Assembly: GCA_950097015.1 (NCBI GenBank)
Contig: CATNEN010000001.1
Coordinates: forward strand, 16,120,001-16,184,000
Direction of reading: 5' to 3'
DNA: 64,000 nt
Source: Macrostomum hystrix
Taxonomy: Eukaryota; Animalia; Platyhelminthes
Below, one piece after another: positions 63,501-64,000 of the stretch. The position numbers and the translations under genes were made by a program. Each line of letters begins with the position of its first letter. Position 1 is the first letter of the stretch. Below the pieces are notes generated by a model. That model ran no database searches, was not told the DNA's origin, and worked only from the letters and a program-made list of their open reading frames with translations.

Positions 63501-64000
63501 CCTCCATCTCTAAAGTTATCAGAGCTACTAATAAATGAACAAGTGTTTTTAAACCAACCTTGTACATGGATGCAAATAACTAATAATTGATTAAACCAAT
63601 TGGGCCAGATGTGCAGCCGACAGCACAGCCGGAGCTATTGCACGGCGCATCTGAAGACTGCGTACAGCTGTACAGTCCATGGTCTGGGGGGACGCCACAC
63701 CCACCTTCAAATATCCCAGCGAATGCTGGTACCATTTAACAGCTGGGAGAACTGAAGCAATGCAGAGTTCAATTAGTGTCTTGCTAAAGGACACAAATTG
63801 TCTCACATGAATGCAGCAGACCAAATAACCCTAGCTAGTACCAACAGCTGTCAATAGCTAATGAATGGCTATAATTTTTATGACACTTTAGGGTCTGACA
63901 TACAAATGTGGTCTATGTTTAGTAAGCCTTTTAGTTCAAAATGCATTCATAGCACCTTTTTAGACAAACTGAACCTGTACACATTTATAATCGAAACCAA
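60536..64000 (+). repeat. Direct duplication, copy 2 (continues past window end); includes copies of the subterminal repeats and nested SINEs
   Basis: Matches 54016-57474. Confidence 0.97.

Overview
Eukaryotic (animal) genomic DNA with GT-AG introns; the style (GC-rich exons, introns and spacers packed with 12-40 bp minisatellites, tRNA-derived SINEs) resembles a free-living flatworm such as Macrostomum (inference). Left part: four tightly packed, co-oriented minus-strand genes (ZNF511-like, a 146-aa coiled-coil ORF, UBXN11, a divergent SAT/GNAT-like gene running off the window). Each has a splice-acceptor-like site just before its ATG, which suggests a trans-spliced operon. Next come a divergently transcribed pair of small secreted-protein genes (a PAN/apple-like protein and a 12-Cys, strongly cationic peptide), a ~13-exon SLC4 Na+/HCO3- transporter (minus) head-to-head with a 3-exon BMP-type TGF-beta ligand (plus), and a transposon-rich zone: Gypsy integrase remnant, degenerate PIF/Harbinger gene pair, and a direct duplication offset by ~6.5 kb that starts at a transposon-like terminus. 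About 18 distinct minisatellite arrays account for most long ORFs in the ORF track. All gene models were assembled by eye from splice signals and motif recognition; no searches were run.
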